Shown here: positions 37,102 through 47,940 of the stretch, piece after piece
Numbering within the stretch: the first letter of the stretch is position 1
How the letters are laid out: every line of letters begins with the position of its first letter
DNA from: an uncultured Gammaproteobacteria bacterium
GTDB taxonomy: Bacteria; Patescibacteriota; Patescibacteriia; Magasanikbacterales; GWA2-37-8
DNA: 64,000 nt
Reading direction: 5' to 3'
NCBI GenBank assembly: GCA_964596525.1
Contig: CAZQUL010000001.1
Coordinates: forward strand, 12,830-76,829
Notes under the pieces: generated by a model
Told to the model about the DNA's origin: nothing
Database searches by the model: none
The model's input: the letters and a program-made list of their open reading frames with translations, nothing else
Program-made: the position numbers and the translations under genes

Positions 37102-37195
37102 ATGACGTAGGATGGTAGCTTGTTAACTAGTTAGCTAGTAGGGAAAACCTGCTGCAACTGTAAACCAGCGGACGGAAGCTGGCAAATGGCTACAA

Positions 37196-37228
37196 TAAAA
37201 AAGCGCCTCGTGCTGGGGAAACACGAGG
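37196..37228 (-). terminator. terminator for 37241..37645
   Basis: Stem cctcgtg/cacgagg followed by U-run on minus strand. Confidence 0.6.
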
Positions 37229-37240
37229 CAGAAGGCTGGC

Positions 37241-37645
37241 CTAAATATCGCCGGGACACCACGCGCAGAGAGCTACGTGGCCGAACGCCTCGGTGAGGCG
37301 CTCAAGTGACGGGGCGCAGTACTCGCGGGGCGCGAAGCGGACTTCCTGCCAGCGGAGCGCGGTCGAAATGCCGAGGCAATGCGACTCTTCGCTCCGACCG
37401 TTATCCAGATCTTCCACTTCATCGTCCCACTGAGCAAAACCGAGCTCGGTCCGATCGAAGGTTGAATTCGACCCGGAGGTCAAATTTTCTCCCACGAGCA
37501 CGAACACACCCGGCTCGCGCTCCTCAACATCGATCCAGTTACTATCGAGCAGGGCTTTCGCCTCGCCCTTAAGCACTTCGATCATGTTCCCCAATGACCG
37601 GCTGAATCCTCGATGCGACAGCATGATGCGGTGAACGGTTCCCAT
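37241..37645 (-). CDS. hypothetical protein
   Basis: 134-aa ORF. Confidence 0.45.
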   Translation of the reverse strand: MGTVHRIMLSHRGFSRSLGNMIEVLKGEAKALLDSNWIDVEEREPGVFVLVGENLTSGSNSTFDRTELGFAQWDDEVEDLDNGRSEESHCLGISTALRWQEVRFAPREYCAPSLERLTEAFGHVALCAWCPGDI

Positions 37646-37880
37646 AGCAGGCTCCTTGGCGTGTTGACATGCAGGTCATTCACCACGTCGCGCGCCTGAG
37701 AAGCGTTCTCCTACCGGTTATCGCATGAATCACTCTTCGTTAGACCGCGAAGAGTAACGAGTCAGATTACTTTAAATCGAGAAGAAAGTCAAGATTGTAA
37801 ACTGAATTTTAAAGGGAAATCATCATTTTTTGGCTAAAAACAAGGCTTTAAAATCTAAGGGTATTCAGACCAGCTGATAC

Positions 37881-37909
37881 TTGACAATTTTGGCTAATTG
37901 TAGTATAAT
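37881..37909 (+). promoter_or_regulatory. consensus sigma70 promoter (TTGACA-17-TATAAT)
   Basis: ttgacaattttggctaattgtagtataat. The track ORF start at 37881 is the TTG of the -35 box. Confidence 0.7.
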
Positions 37910-37943
37910 TTTTTGTTCTGTCCCAACCCAATCTACGGAGGAA

Positions 37944-38528
37944 ATGTCCATGCAGTACGTTACGCTTCAGAATGCGACCTTCGTCATCGGAGTGCTCAGC
38001 CTCGCGTTCACGCTCTATCTGAACGTGAACATGACCCTGCGCCAGCGGCGGCACGAACGCGACAAGAAGATGAACGAGCTCGAGCGGGCCTACTACCACG
38101 CTGCCCGCTACAACGCCAAGGCCGAAAGCGATGAGCTCAAGCTCAAGATCCTGCTCTTCCTTTCGGTCGCGTCGGTCGTGATGCTACCGCTCACCATGAA
38201 GTGGCTGCCGGATCTGAGTCTCGTGGTGTACGCCATCGGCGTCGTGGCCTTCAGCCTCTACAAAGGGCTCAACCCTCAGGCCAACTGGCTGACCAACGGC
38301 AAGGCTGCCAAGGCGATCGAGGAGGCGATCGAAGACCACCACACCAAGCTCCTCACCATGGAAGAGCTCGGCAAGATCGTCTCCGCGACGATCAAGGAGC
38401 GCAACAAGAGCTGGTTCCTGGCCGCGGCGAGCATGTACCTCATCACCGCGCCCGGCTCCGACAAGGCCGACAGCACCCCTCCGAAGACTGGCTGCACCTG
38501 CAGCGCCGACAAGAACGCGCCGAAGTAG
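37944..38528 (+). CDS. membrane protein (2-3 TM), hypothetical
   Basis: ATG after ACGGAGGAA; hydrophobic helices present. Confidence 0.55.
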   Translation: MSMQYVTLQNATFVIGVLSLAFTLYLNVNMTLRQRRHERDKKMNELERAYYHAARYNAKAESDELKLKILLFLSVASVVMLPLTMKWLPDLSLVVYAIGVVAFSLYKGLNPQANWLTNGKAAKAIEEAIEDHHTKLLTMEELGKIVSATIKERNKSWFLAAASMYLITAPGSDKADSTPPKTGCTCSADKNAPK

Positions 38529-38670
38529 CCAGACACAACCCCAACCCAACCGCCCCTCGCACGTCACTTCTGTGACCTATCGCGAGGCGGCGGTTTTAAA
38601 ATTTCCAAAAATAAAGCCGCCCGTCTTACGAACGAGCGGCTTTTTCTGGTATGAATTTTATTGTTGATCG

Positions 38671-40566
38671 TTACACCTCAATCACCACCGGCAAGATCAT
38701 CGGCCGCTTTTCCGTCTTGGTGAAGAGGAACTGCGCCACGTACTCGCGGATTTTGTTACGGATCTCGTTGGTATCGGCCCACGAAAGCGGGTCCGAATCA
38801 GTGATGAGTTTTTTGACGCGCACGCGCAAATCTTCGATAAGGTCTTTATGGCTCTTGAGGAATACGAAGCCGCGCGAGATGATATCCGGATTCTGGATAA
38901 GCGTACCGGTTTTGCTGTCGACGGTCGCGATGATGACCACCATACCTTCTTCCGAGAGGAGCTGGCGGTCGCGCACGACCACGTTGGTTTGGTCACTCAC
39001 GCCAAGACCATCGACGAAGACGTAATCCGACGGAATCTTGGTTTTGGTGAGCGCGCCTTCGCCGGCTTTAAATTCCATTACCTGACCGTTGTCGGCGATG
39101 AAGGTGCGTTCTTTGGGTACGCCCACGCTCTGCGCCACTTTGGCGTTGTAGTGCAACAAGAAGTGGTTGCCGTGGATCGGCACGAAATATTTGGGGTTGA
39201 GGAGACGCACCATGAGTTTCACATCTTCGGCTTTGGCATGACCACCGGCATGCACGTCCATCATCTGGTAATGGATGACTTCGGCACCTTTGCGGAAAAG
39301 CGTGTCTTTGAGACGCTGGACACTGCGTTCGTTACCCGGAATGACGGACGACGAAAAGACCACCGTGTCACCTGGGGTGAGCACCACTTCGCGGTGCTCG
39401 CCGTTGGCGATACGCATGAGCGAAGCGTTCTGTTCGCCCTGCGCCCCGGTACAAATGATCACCACCTGTTCGGGCGGATACTTTTCGATGTTTTTGAGAT
39501 CGATGATGGTGCGCTGATGGAATTTCATGTAGCCGAGCTCTTTGGCGATTTCCACGTTACTCCGCATACTAAAGCCGCCGATCGCCACGTACTTGCCGAT
39601 CTTTTCGGCGGTTTCGATGATCTGTTTGATACGCGCGAGAAGCGAGGCGAACGTGCCGATAATCACGCGGCCCGGCGCTTTCTTCATAATGTCTTCCAAG
39701 TTCGTGGAGATTTCGTATTCAGAAACCTGGTGACCGGGCTGGCCGGCGTTGGTACTGTCGGAGAGAAGTGCCAAGACGCCTTCGCTGCCGATTTTGGCGA
39801 TGCGCTGCAGGTCGGCCGGTTCTTCGCCGGTCGGCTGGTAGTCGAATTTCCAGTCACCGGTATGGATGACGACGCCTTCCGGAGTGCGGATGACGACACC
39901 CATCGAGTCTGGAATGTTATGGTTGATGTGGAAAAACTCGATGTCAAAATTACCGAGACGGATTTTATCCCACAGATTCACGTTCTTGATGGTGAGCGGC
40001 TTAATGTTCGGGAAATCTTCCTGGCGTTTTTTGATGACGGCGCTCGTGATGGGAAGGGCAAAGATGGGCGGATAACCAATTTCCGGCATGATATGCGGTA
40101 TACCGCCGATATGGTCGTAGTGACCGTGGGTGATGATAACGCCGCGGATGTTTTTTTCTTTGCCGCGCAAATAACTCATGTTCGGGATGATGTAGTCGAT
40201 GCCGGGCATGTCGTCTTCGGGAAACTGCAAACCAAGGTCGATGATGATGATATCATCGCCGTATTCGAAGATGGTACAATTGCGGCCGATTTCTTCGAGG
40301 CCGCCGAGCACGGCAATGCGGAGTTTTTTCTCGCCCGGAGCAAGGGGCGGAAGGGTGTGCGGCACAGCGCGCAAATGGGCCGGCTGCACATGCGAAACGC
40401 GGCGTTGCGGCGCGCGGGGACGGCCATGGTGCGAACGCTCCGGAGCGGAATGCCCGGTATGGCGGCGGTCGGCCGCGGCCCGGCGGCTAGCATAACTGCC
40501 GCGCAGCGTAGGCGGCGTGTGACGGGCTGTAAAACGGCGATTCGGAGCTGCTGAAGTACTTTGCAT
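38671..40566 (-). CDS. rnj: ribonuclease J with Arg/His-rich N-terminal extension
   Basis: Metallo-beta-lactamase motif VIITHGHYDHIGG in a beta-CASP architecture. An approx 85-aa basic low-complexity N-terminal extension is present. Confidence 0.9.
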   Translation of the reverse strand: MQSTSAAPNRRFTARHTPPTLRGSYASRRAAADRRHTGHSAPERSHHGRPRAPQRRVSHVQPAHLRAVPHTLPPLAPGEKKLRIAVLGGLEEIGRNCTIFEYGDDIIIIDLGLQFPEDDMPGIDYIIPNMSYLRGKEKNIRGVIITHGHYDHIGGIPHIMPEIGYPPIFALPITSAVIKKRQEDFPNIKPLTIKNVNLWDKIRLGNFDIEFFHINHNIPDSMGVVIRTPEGVVIHTGDWKFDYQPTGEEPADLQRIAKIGSEGVLALLSDSTNAGQPGHQVSEYEISTNLEDIMKKAPGRVIIGTFASLLARIKQIIETAEKIGKYVAIGGFSMRSNVEIAKELGYMKFHQRTIIDLKNIEKYPPEQVVIICTGAQGEQNASLMRIANGEHREVVLTPGDTVVFSSSVIPGNERSVQRLKDTLFRKGAEVIHYQMMDVHAGGHAKAEDVKLMVRLLNPKYFVPIHGNHFLLHYNAKVAQSVGVPKERTFIADNGQVMEFKAGEGALTKTKIPSDYVFVDGLGVSDQTNVVVRDRQLLSEEGMVVIIATVDSKTGTLIQNPDIISRGFVFLKSHKDLIEDLRVRVKKLITDSDPLSWADTNEIRNKIREYVAQFLFTKTEKRPMILPVVIEV

Positions 40567-40630
40567 ACATTACGAAATAATTCCTACCTAAAGAGGAAAA
40601 AATAAAAAGGTTGAGTTAGGATGTTTAGTG

Positions 40631-40712
40631 TGGGGATAGAGGGACTCGAACCCTCAAGGATTACTCCATACGCTTCTGAGACGTACGCGTATACCAATTC
40701 CGCCATATCCCC
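40631..40712 (-). tRNA. tRNA-Leu (anticodon CAG), long variable arm
   Basis: Hand-folded. Acceptor GGGGATA/TATCCCC, anticodon loop CUCAGAA, T-arm GAGGG-TTCGAGT-CCCTC. Confidence 0.75.
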
Positions 40713-40746
40713 TTTCGTTACCCTTCGCGGACACGTTATGAAATGC

Positions 40747-42699
40747 TTACTCTTTATTCGGCTTCCACTTCCAGGTAGTTTCTAAATACCAATCCGCAAA
40801 CGAACGGTACCGATCGCTTGGCGAAACGAGCAAGCTGAAAGAAACGTTGCGCAAATGTTCGTTCGATAAAAACCGATACGTCGGCGAGTACAAGAATACG
40901 GCCGGCACCTCGTCTTCAAGAATCGACGTAAACTGCCGGTAAAGACGATCACGCTCTACCGTAGAGGTGGTAACACGCGCATCTTCGAGCACTTTATCGA
41001 CGGTACGATTGCTGTAGAGAGAAATGTTGAGACCTGGATATTCGCGCTGCGAAGAATGCCAGAACGGGTACGGATCCGGATCACCGCCCAAGACTTCGCC
41101 GTAGAGCACCATATCATACTCGCGGTTTTTTACCACCGTGCGCAAGAAGAATTGGCGGTTGATGAGCCGAACCATAGCGCTGACACCCACCGAGCGCCAC
41201 TCGCGGGCAATCTCTTCGGCCACACGCTCATATTCGGGCGTATCGACGGTGGTAATGGTAAAAGTGAGCGGCGCTTTCTTTTTGGTGATGCGGTAGTAGG
41301 GCTGCTCGGCTACCATTTCTTTCTGCACGAGAGCGACGACATCCGGATTAAGTTCGGTGGAAGTGGAATTAACCGTGGACGTGCTTGGGTTGGCCTTGCG
41401 CACCGCATCGTAGCGGAGTGAAAAATATTCCTCCGGCGTAATACGCGTGGTTTCTTTGTCGAGGAGCCGTTCGGCTTCTTCAGCCGAGAACGTAAGCGAG
41501 CTCGAGGCGAGGGCAAACCCGGTCATGCCCGGCAAGATCGGCCCGTACTGCTCTTCACCTTCGCCGAGGAGCCCTTCGCTCACGATGCGCTTGCGGTCAA
41601 GTGCACGCGCCAAAGCTTGGCGTACGGTTTTGGTGAGCACTTCGGTCTGAGCTTCTTGGTTAAAGAAAAGCGCGGTGTACTGCGGCAGTTTAAGCGGTGC
41701 AGAAACGACTTGTTTGAGACTGAGCGTTGACGTAGCAAGACGCGGCGGGAAACTCGTCGCCGTGATTTCTTCGGTACGCAGCGCTTCGAGGAGCGTACCG
41801 TAATCGGAATAAAACCGATAGGCAAGTGTCGTGATGTGTGGTTTGGGACCGTAGTAGCGTTCATTTGGGGTAAGCTCGAGCATTTCCACACCACTACCTT
41901 CGCGTTTCACGATGCGCGACACTTTCCACGGACCGCTCCCAACCGGCTCCATGTTGTATTTGCTGAGTTTGAGATGCGCTGGATTTTCTACGGTCTCCCA
42001 AATATGTTCGGGGATGATACCAAGCGCAAGAGCGTGGATGAATGGTGCAAAAGCCTGCTTAAGGGTAAGGCGCACCGTACGTTCGTCAACGACCGCAACA
42101 GCAACACCTTGAAACGTAGGCAAGAGTGGACTTTCTACTTCCGGATTCTGGATCATTTCAATGGTAAAGGCAACGTCCTGGCTGGTGATCGGTTTGCCGT
42201 CAGCCCACATCAAATCTGGCTTGAGCTTAACAGTATATACTTTGCCATCACTCGAAAGCGTATAGCTTTCGGCCAAATCGCCGACAATCTGACGACCTTC
42301 ATCGTACGCAAACAAACGCGCGTAGATAAGATTCGTCACATCAGCATCGACTTCGCTTGGCAATGAAAACAACGGATTGAGGTATTTAGGCTGCCCCACT
42401 ACACCTTCGCGGTACACACCGCCCTGAGCGGGAATATGCTCAATACGTTCATATACAAACGTGCCGCCAGTAAGAACGGCGAAAATAACTGCAAATACGA
42501 TCCCCCAGTTCACAAGCCTTTTTTCTGCAGCTGTCAAAAAACGACCCACATACTTGAGCTGGCGCAATGACGGCAGAAAACTCGCCCGCGTTTGGGCGAT
42601 GAGCCGGCGATCGAGCTTTTTAGTATGAAGAACGGCGCGTTCGGTCATCTTGGAACGCAGCGAACTAGAAGGGGGACGATCAGGTGTCATGGGACACAA
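40747..42699 (-). CDS. ABC transporter substrate-binding protein, family 5 (peptide/oligopeptide type), N-terminal TM anchor
   Basis: DGKVYTVKLKPDLMWADGKPITSQDVAFTIE, the typical SBP_bac_5 signature region. Confidence 0.7.
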   Translation of the reverse strand: MCPMTPDRPPSSSLRSKMTERAVLHTKKLDRRLIAQTRASFLPSLRQLKYVGRFLTAAEKRLVNWGIVFAVIFAVLTGGTFVYERIEHIPAQGGVYREGVVGQPKYLNPLFSLPSEVDADVTNLIYARLFAYDEGRQIVGDLAESYTLSSDGKVYTVKLKPDLMWADGKPITSQDVAFTIEMIQNPEVESPLLPTFQGVAVAVVDERTVRLTLKQAFAPFIHALALGIIPEHIWETVENPAHLKLSKYNMEPVGSGPWKVSRIVKREGSGVEMLELTPNERYYGPKPHITTLAYRFYSDYGTLLEALRTEEITATSFPPRLATSTLSLKQVVSAPLKLPQYTALFFNQEAQTEVLTKTVRQALARALDRKRIVSEGLLGEGEEQYGPILPGMTGFALASSSLTFSAEEAERLLDKETTRITPEEYFSLRYDAVRKANPSTSTVNSTSTELNPDVVALVQKEMVAEQPYYRITKKKAPLTFTITTVDTPEYERVAEEIAREWRSVGVSAMVRLINRQFFLRTVVKNREYDMVLYGEVLGGDPDPYPFWHSSQREYPGLNISLYSNRTVDKVLEDARVTTSTVERDRLYRQFTSILEDEVPAVFLYSPTYRFLSNEHLRNVSFSLLVSPSDRYRSFADWYLETTWKWKPNKE

Positions 42700-42747
42700 A
42701 AGTTAATCGGGAGCTTCTAGACTACTACCACCGGACCAAAGAAGAAC

Positions 42748-42966
42748 TTACAGCCAGAGACGGGCAAGGGACAAACCAAAGAAGAGAACGGCAACGACAA
42801 TCGTAACGTAATGGACGATCTTGTCGATGCCACGCTTGGTACTGTAGACGTTGGTTGAGCCGCCAAAAAGAGCGCTCGTACCGCCGCCTTTCTGCTGCAG
42901 CAATACCACAATAATAAGAATGATGCTCAAGATGATCTGAATGATGCTAAGTGCGGTTTCTTGCAT
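42748..42966 (-). CDS. secG: preprotein translocase subunit SecG
   Basis: LLQQKGGGTSALFGG motif and two TM helices; 72 aa. Confidence 0.85.
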   Translation of the reverse strand: MQETALSIIQIILSIILIIVVLLQQKGGGTSALFGGSTNVYSTKRGIDKIVHYVTIVVAVLFFGLSLARLWL

Positions 42967-43095
42967 AACGGGATGAGGGATAGGTAAGAGTGGCAGGAAA
43001 TAGAGTGCCCGAAGGAGCAGAGCTCCCGGTTCTTAGGATGGACCTACCCTACAATACTAGGCGCAGATTGTCAACAGAGCCCGCTTAATAAAGCC

Positions 43096-43119
43096 AAAAA
43101 CCTCCTCAAGTAAGGAGAT
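43096..43119 (-). terminator. terminator for HU gene
   Basis: Minus-strand hairpin atctcct-tacttg-aggaggt with one G-U pair, followed by a U-run. Confidence 0.55.
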
Positions 43120-43140
43120 TTCTGGTCAGGAACGGTAGAG

Positions 43141-43419
43141 TTACTTTTTGAGTTCGTCTTTGAGACCTTTACCGGCTTTGAATTTCGGAACCTTGACGGC
43201 CGGAATGGTGATTTTCTCGGTCGGTTTCTGTGGGTTGACACCCGTGCGAGCAGCGCGCGTTTTCACGCTGAAAGCGCCGAAACCAGTGAGAACGACTTCG
43301 TCGCCTTTCTTGAGCGTCATGGTGATGGTGTCGATGAAGGCGTTAACCATATCTTCACCTTCGCGTTTGGAAACGTTCATTTTTTCGGCGAGAGCCTGGG
43401 CCAATTCTGCTTTGTTCAT
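43141..43419 (-). CDS. hup: HU family DNA-binding protein
   Basis: Start MNKAELAQALAEK, preceded by AAGGGGG. GFGAFSVKTRAARTGVNPQ arm. Confidence 0.85.
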   Translation of the reverse strand: MNKAELAQALAEKMNVSKREGEDMVNAFIDTITMTLKKGDEVVLTGFGAFSVKTRAARTGVNPQKPTEKITIPAVKVPKFKAGKGLKDELKK

Positions 43420-43732
43420 AACGTCACCCCCTTTCCGTGGAACATGATTCTGTACATACACGCTACGTTAAGCGGAGCAAAAATGTGATAACCACACGGT
43501 GAGTATAGCACGGTGCTTATTTCTTCGCTAGTTTCAGCGAAGAATTATCCACAGACCTGTTACAAAACGAAGAAAAAATGTCAAATTGTGAAAAATGTGG
43601 ATAAAGAAGAGGTGAAATTATTCCAATTTTCCTCATTAATTAACTATCGCTATAAGCTCGTCTGTACCAAATTTTGAAAATATTTACATACCAAAAAAGA
43701 GCGGACCATACCGCCCTTTTTTGGTATGAAGA

Positions 43733-45259
43733 TTAACGTGCGTACTCAACGATTCTCGTCTCGCGCAAAACCGTGACGCGGATCTCGCCCGGATACTGGA
43801 GTTCCTGCTCAATCTTGTGGGCGATATCTTTGGCGAGCTGGTGCGCGGAGTAATCGTCCACTTCGCCGGATTTGACGAAGACGCGCACTTCGCGGCCGGC
43901 CTGGATGGCGTACACTTTATCGATGCCCGGAAAACCGCTGGCGGTTTTTTCGAGATCTTCGAGGCGGGCGATGTACTGTTCGTAGGTATCACGACGGGCG
44001 CCGACGCGGGCGGCAGAGATAGCGTCGGCCGCTTTGGCGATACTCGAGTAGATGTTGTACGGCTTGTCGTCGTGGTGCGTGAGCGCAGCCTGGCACACAT
44101 CCTCGTCGGCGTTGAATTTTTTGAGGATCATGTAACCGATCTGCGGATGCGAGCCTTGGGTTTCGTGATCAACGGATTTGCCGATGTCGTGGAAGAAACC
44201 GCAGCGCTTGGCTTTGGCTTCATCAAGGCCGAGTTCAGCCGCGATCATGGCCGAGAGATAGCCCACTTCCATACAATGATTCATCACGTTCTGGCTGTAG
44301 CTCGTACGGAATTTGAGGCGGCCGACGATGGTGACGAGTTTGGGGTCAATGCCGGTGATACCCATTTTATAGAGCGATTCTTCGCCGGCTTTCTTGATTT
44401 CGGCGGAGAGATCCTGCTTGGCGCGTTCGACGAATTCTTCGATACGCGCGGGCTGGATGCGACCGTCGGCGATAAGGCGCTCAAGCGCGATGCGCGCCAC
44501 TTCGCGGCGGATCGGCGAGAAACCGGAGATAACGATCGAGTCAGGCGTTTCATCGATAATGAGTTCGCAGCCGGTGAGTTTTTCGATGGTTTTGATGTTG
44601 CGACCTTCCTTACCGATGATGCGACCCTTCATGTCTTCACTCGTGATGTGCACCACGGTGGCGGTGGTTTCGGCAGCGTGCGAAGCAGCACAGCGCTGCA
44701 TGCAATCGACCACGAGTTCACGCGCTTTGTGCTGAAACTGCTCACTCCCCTCTTTTTCAAGTTTCATGATACGGCCCAAGATATCGGTCTTGCTTTCTTC
44801 TTCCACGATGGTGAGGAGTTCCATCTTGGCCGCATCCGTCGTGAGACCAGAAATTTCGCTGAGTTTTTTGAGCTGGTCGTCTTTTACTTTTTCCACTTCT
44901 TCTTTGATCTGTTTGACGCGTTCGATTTTTTCTTGGAGTTTTTGTTCGCGGTCTTGGAGCTCGAGAATTTTCTGATCAAACGTGCTTTCGCGGCGCTCGA
45001 GACGTTCCTGGACGGAACGGAGTTCCTGGCGGATCTGTTTTTCTTCGCGCTTAGCTTCGTCTACGATATGGACGGCTTTTTCTTTAGCTTCGAGGAGCAG
45101 TTCCTGTTGTTTGGTCTTGGCCTCAGTCAAAATTTTATCGGCTTTGGCTTCGAGGGAGTTGGCTTCGGCTTGAGCGATTTTTTTACGCGCTACGTAGCCG
45201 ATTGCAGCGCCCAGTGCCGCACCTCCGAGGAGAGCGAGCACCACTAACCATGGATTCAT
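43733..45259 (-). CDS. rny: ribonuclease Y
   Basis: N-terminal TM, coiled coil, a KH domain, and HD domain motif FHDIGK. Confidence 0.9.
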   Translation of the reverse strand: MNPWLVVLALLGGAALGAAIGYVARKKIAQAEANSLEAKADKILTEAKTKQQELLLEAKEKAVHIVDEAKREEKQIRQELRSVQERLERRESTFDQKILELQDREQKLQEKIERVKQIKEEVEKVKDDQLKKLSEISGLTTDAAKMELLTIVEEESKTDILGRIMKLEKEGSEQFQHKARELVVDCMQRCAASHAAETTATVVHITSEDMKGRIIGKEGRNIKTIEKLTGCELIIDETPDSIVISGFSPIRREVARIALERLIADGRIQPARIEEFVERAKQDLSAEIKKAGEESLYKMGITGIDPKLVTIVGRLKFRTSYSQNVMNHCMEVGYLSAMIAAELGLDEAKAKRCGFFHDIGKSVDHETQGSHPQIGYMILKKFNADEDVCQAALTHHDDKPYNIYSSIAKAADAISAARVGARRDTYEQYIARLEDLEKTASGFPGIDKVYAIQAGREVRVFVKSGEVDDYSAHQLAKDIAHKIEQELQYPGEIRVTVLRETRIVEYAR

Positions 45260-45589
45260 ACAAAAAACACCTAACCAGACGGTCGGTGAAAGCGGTTTTC
45301 CGGGTTGTATGACAAATCTTTACGGCCTTTGCGGACAGCCCAACATGCGCGCTAGCTAACAACCAAAGACGTTCGTACAAGCAAAACATCCCTTGCAGGA
45401 AGGGAAACAAGGGCTCTCGAAACGCGCATTGTAGATAAAGATGTCATAAATAGGGAGGTCGGCGGCAGCAGGCAAAAGCACACAGGCAGAGCAGGCATTC
45501 CACGGAAGACGGATCACTGATCGTATGGGATACGAATAAAGTGCCTATAAGGTAGCACGCGGTAAGGCGAAATGTCAATGTAGATATTA

Positions 45590-45616
45590 GAAAACCCGCT
45601 ACCAGAAGGAGCGGGT
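45590..45616 (-). terminator. terminator for 45655..46596
   Basis: Stem acccgct/agcgggt followed by a U-run on the minus strand. Confidence 0.5.
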
Positions 45617-45654
45617 ACTCTCAAGCGAGAGGAAAGAGCGAGGGAGCTGGCCGG

Positions 45655-46596
45655 TTATGGCTTGCAGGAGTTGGGGATGCCGGGCTCCGGGGTGGTGCAG
45701 GGCACGCTCTCGGTCTCACCGTCCGGACGCTGGTAAGCGCGGCGCAGCTGAGCGCCGGCGGGTGCGCGCACCGAGGTAAGCTCGTCGCCCGAGCGGCCGA
45801 CCAAGTGAATCACGGTATCATTTCCCGTCCGTTGCACGCACTGCCCGTCGGCGCTGCACAGGTCGATGTTCTGGCCATTGGCGTTCAAGACCAACACTCC
45901 TAACGGGAAGTTCGCATTGGCCGCGACGCCGAGCGATCCATACACACCGCCGTTCTGAATGGTGTAGGGCGCCTGGTAAAGGGCGGTTCCCACCATGTCG
46001 CGCGTACTCTTGTTGGGCACGCAGCCGTAGCTTCCGATGGTCTTGTCGCGCTCGAGCCGGTAGCAGGGGCCCGAGGGCAGCTTGTACGGGCAGCCGGGAC
46101 GCTTGGGATCGGGAACGATGCCGGGACCGCTGTTGGGCTCGGTGGGGCATTGATCCGTGGCATTGGACACGCCGTCGCCGTCGGTGTCGTTCGGGTCGTA
46201 TCCCGTGCCGCCGAGTCCGGCGACTACATCGTTGATAGGCTTTGCCACGAACTGCGGCCAGCCGGTCGGACCGCACCATGCCTGATCGACAGCACTCGCC
46301 TCGATGCGGTAAGCCTCAAGACTTCCCTTGCTCTGCTCGGTGACGAGGCAGACGGCTTGCGCTTTGGCATCGCCGTCGGGGCAGCAGGTCGCGGCTTGCG
46401 CACTATACTGATAGACCACATACCCGCCGCCTTGGCCACACATATCGATGGCCTCGTCGAGCTTCTGGCGCAGCGGAGTATCGCTCTGGCAGGTGAGGTC
46501 GGTGCGCGCCGAAAGACCGAGCCCACACCCGGAAAGCACCGTCGAAACAAGGGTGAGGATGAAGGTGGGAGGAATGAGAGAGCGAGAAGTGTGCAT
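45655..46596 (-). CDS. lipoprotein with thrombospondin type-3-like Ca-binding repeat (paralog A of 3)
   Basis: Lipobox LSGC; CCPDGDA motif; DTDGDGVSNATDQCP; RPGCPY; C-terminus ends SCKP. Confidence 0.65.
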   Translation of the reverse strand: MHTSRSLIPPTFILTLVSTVLSGCGLGLSARTDLTCQSDTPLRQKLDEAIDMCGQGGGYVVYQYSAQAATCCPDGDAKAQAVCLVTEQSKGSLEAYRIEASAVDQAWCGPTGWPQFVAKPINDVVAGLGGTGYDPNDTDGDGVSNATDQCPTEPNSGPGIVPDPKRPGCPYKLPSGPCYRLERDKTIGSYGCVPNKSTRDMVGTALYQAPYTIQNGGVYGSLGVAANANFPLGVLVLNANGQNIDLCSADGQCVQRTGNDTVIHLVGRSGDELTSVRAPAGAQLRRAYQRPDGETESVPCTTPEPGIPNSCKP

Positions 46597-46800
46597 GCTC
46601 AGACTCCTTGTTACGCAGCTACTTCATAAACAACAGCACTTATTCCGATATGATACCGGCAAGTACTGATAAAAAAATCCTATGACTTTTTTGCCTACTT
46701 GTCAACAGTATGACGGAATAAGCTGATAGGCCTGAAACAAAAAAGCCCGTTATTCAGCAGAGAAAACAGGCTTGTTTAAAAGTTGTGTGAAACCGCAGGG

Positions 46801-47742
46801 TTAGGGCTTACAACTGCCGCTCGCGCCGTTGTCCTTGGTGTCACAGGGCAGTTCGTAGATTGCGCGATTCACGAGCGAGTAGTACGTCTTAACGAGCGTG
46901 GCGCTCGCAAGACCTGTGCGTACGGAGGCAATCTCGTGGTTTGGTCCGACCACGAATACGCGGGTACTGCTCGCCCCAACTTGCTTGCACGCACCGGCGG
47001 CCGTGCACAGGTCGAACGAGCCGCTCAGGTTGGGCGTCGCAACACGCACTCCCAAAAGCACGTCGCCGACCAAATCGGTCCACAGACCGTCACTGCTTGA
47101 ACCGAACAGACGGGTCTCACGATCAAAGCTGACCGTCATGGCAAGCGTAGAGCGTTTGGGAATGCACGCGCGCTTTACGACTACGTTATCCCCCTTCACC
47201 TCGCCACACTCCCCGTCCGGAATCGGATAAGGGCAGCCGAAACGCTTAGGATCTGGGTCCGGGTAGGGCTCGGGCTTCTGGTCCGGACAGGCATCATCTG
47301 CATCCGGTACGCTATCGCGGTCACGGTCCGGCTTGACGGTCGGGCCCGTGCCTGTGAGACCAGCCATGACATCGTTGAGCTGGTAACGGCTCTTGGCATC
47401 GCCGGAAGCGAAGCCGCACCAACTGGTCAGCGCCGCTCCTTTGTTGACCCGATACAGCGAATGGATGTCCGTGGAATGGGCTTGCACGCCTTCCAGGCAG
47501 GCGATCTGATCCGGAGCATTACCATCCGGACAGCACGCCGCATAATCCGGAGCCTTCTGCGCCACGTAGCCACCGGTTCTAGCACAGCCTTCGAGCGCCT
47601 GATCGATCTTGATCGAAAAGATTTTGTCAGCTGACGCACCACAGATCAAATCTTCGGGTGGCGGCGAAGCAGTGCCGCAACCGATAGCGGTTGCAAGCAA
47701 AATGCCGAAACCACCACTCCTGTGCCGAAAAAATTCTTTCAT
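46801..47742 (-). CDS. lipoprotein, paralog B of TSP3-repeat family
   Basis: Lipobox AIGC; CCPDGNA; DRDRDSVPDADDACPD; RFGCPY; ends SCKP. Confidence 0.65.
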   Translation of the reverse strand: MKEFFRHRSGGFGILLATAIGCGTASPPPEDLICGASADKIFSIKIDQALEGCARTGGYVAQKAPDYAACCPDGNAPDQIACLEGVQAHSTDIHSLYRVNKGAALTSWCGFASGDAKSRYQLNDVMAGLTGTGPTVKPDRDRDSVPDADDACPDQKPEPYPDPDPKRFGCPYPIPDGECGEVKGDNVVVKRACIPKRSTLAMTVSFDRETRLFGSSSDGLWTDLVGDVLLGVRVATPNLSGSFDLCTAAGACKQVGASSTRVFVVGPNHEIASVRTGLASATLVKTYYSLVNRAIYELPCDTKDNGASGSCKP

Positions 47743-47940
47743 TATCTACCTCCGTAGTTTTACAGCATTGCAGCCGATACATTCGGGCAACACTGCCGTA
47801 GGGACGGTAGCGCGAAGAATCTTACCCGTCAAGAATAAGACGGAACGAATAAAAAACCTGCCTTCCCCGAAGGGTTGGCAGGCCAGAATCAAAGATCAAA
47901 TGGAAATTACAGAATCAAAGTGGAGGCAGAAGGCGGTTCA

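Noticed and set aside
38848-40554. 568-aa + strand ORF
   Set aside because: Antisense shadow of rnj; no RBS; His/Asp/Phe-biased junk.
43817-45247. 476-aa + strand ORF
   Set aside because: Antisense shadow of rny; Phe/Asp/Gly repetitive translation.
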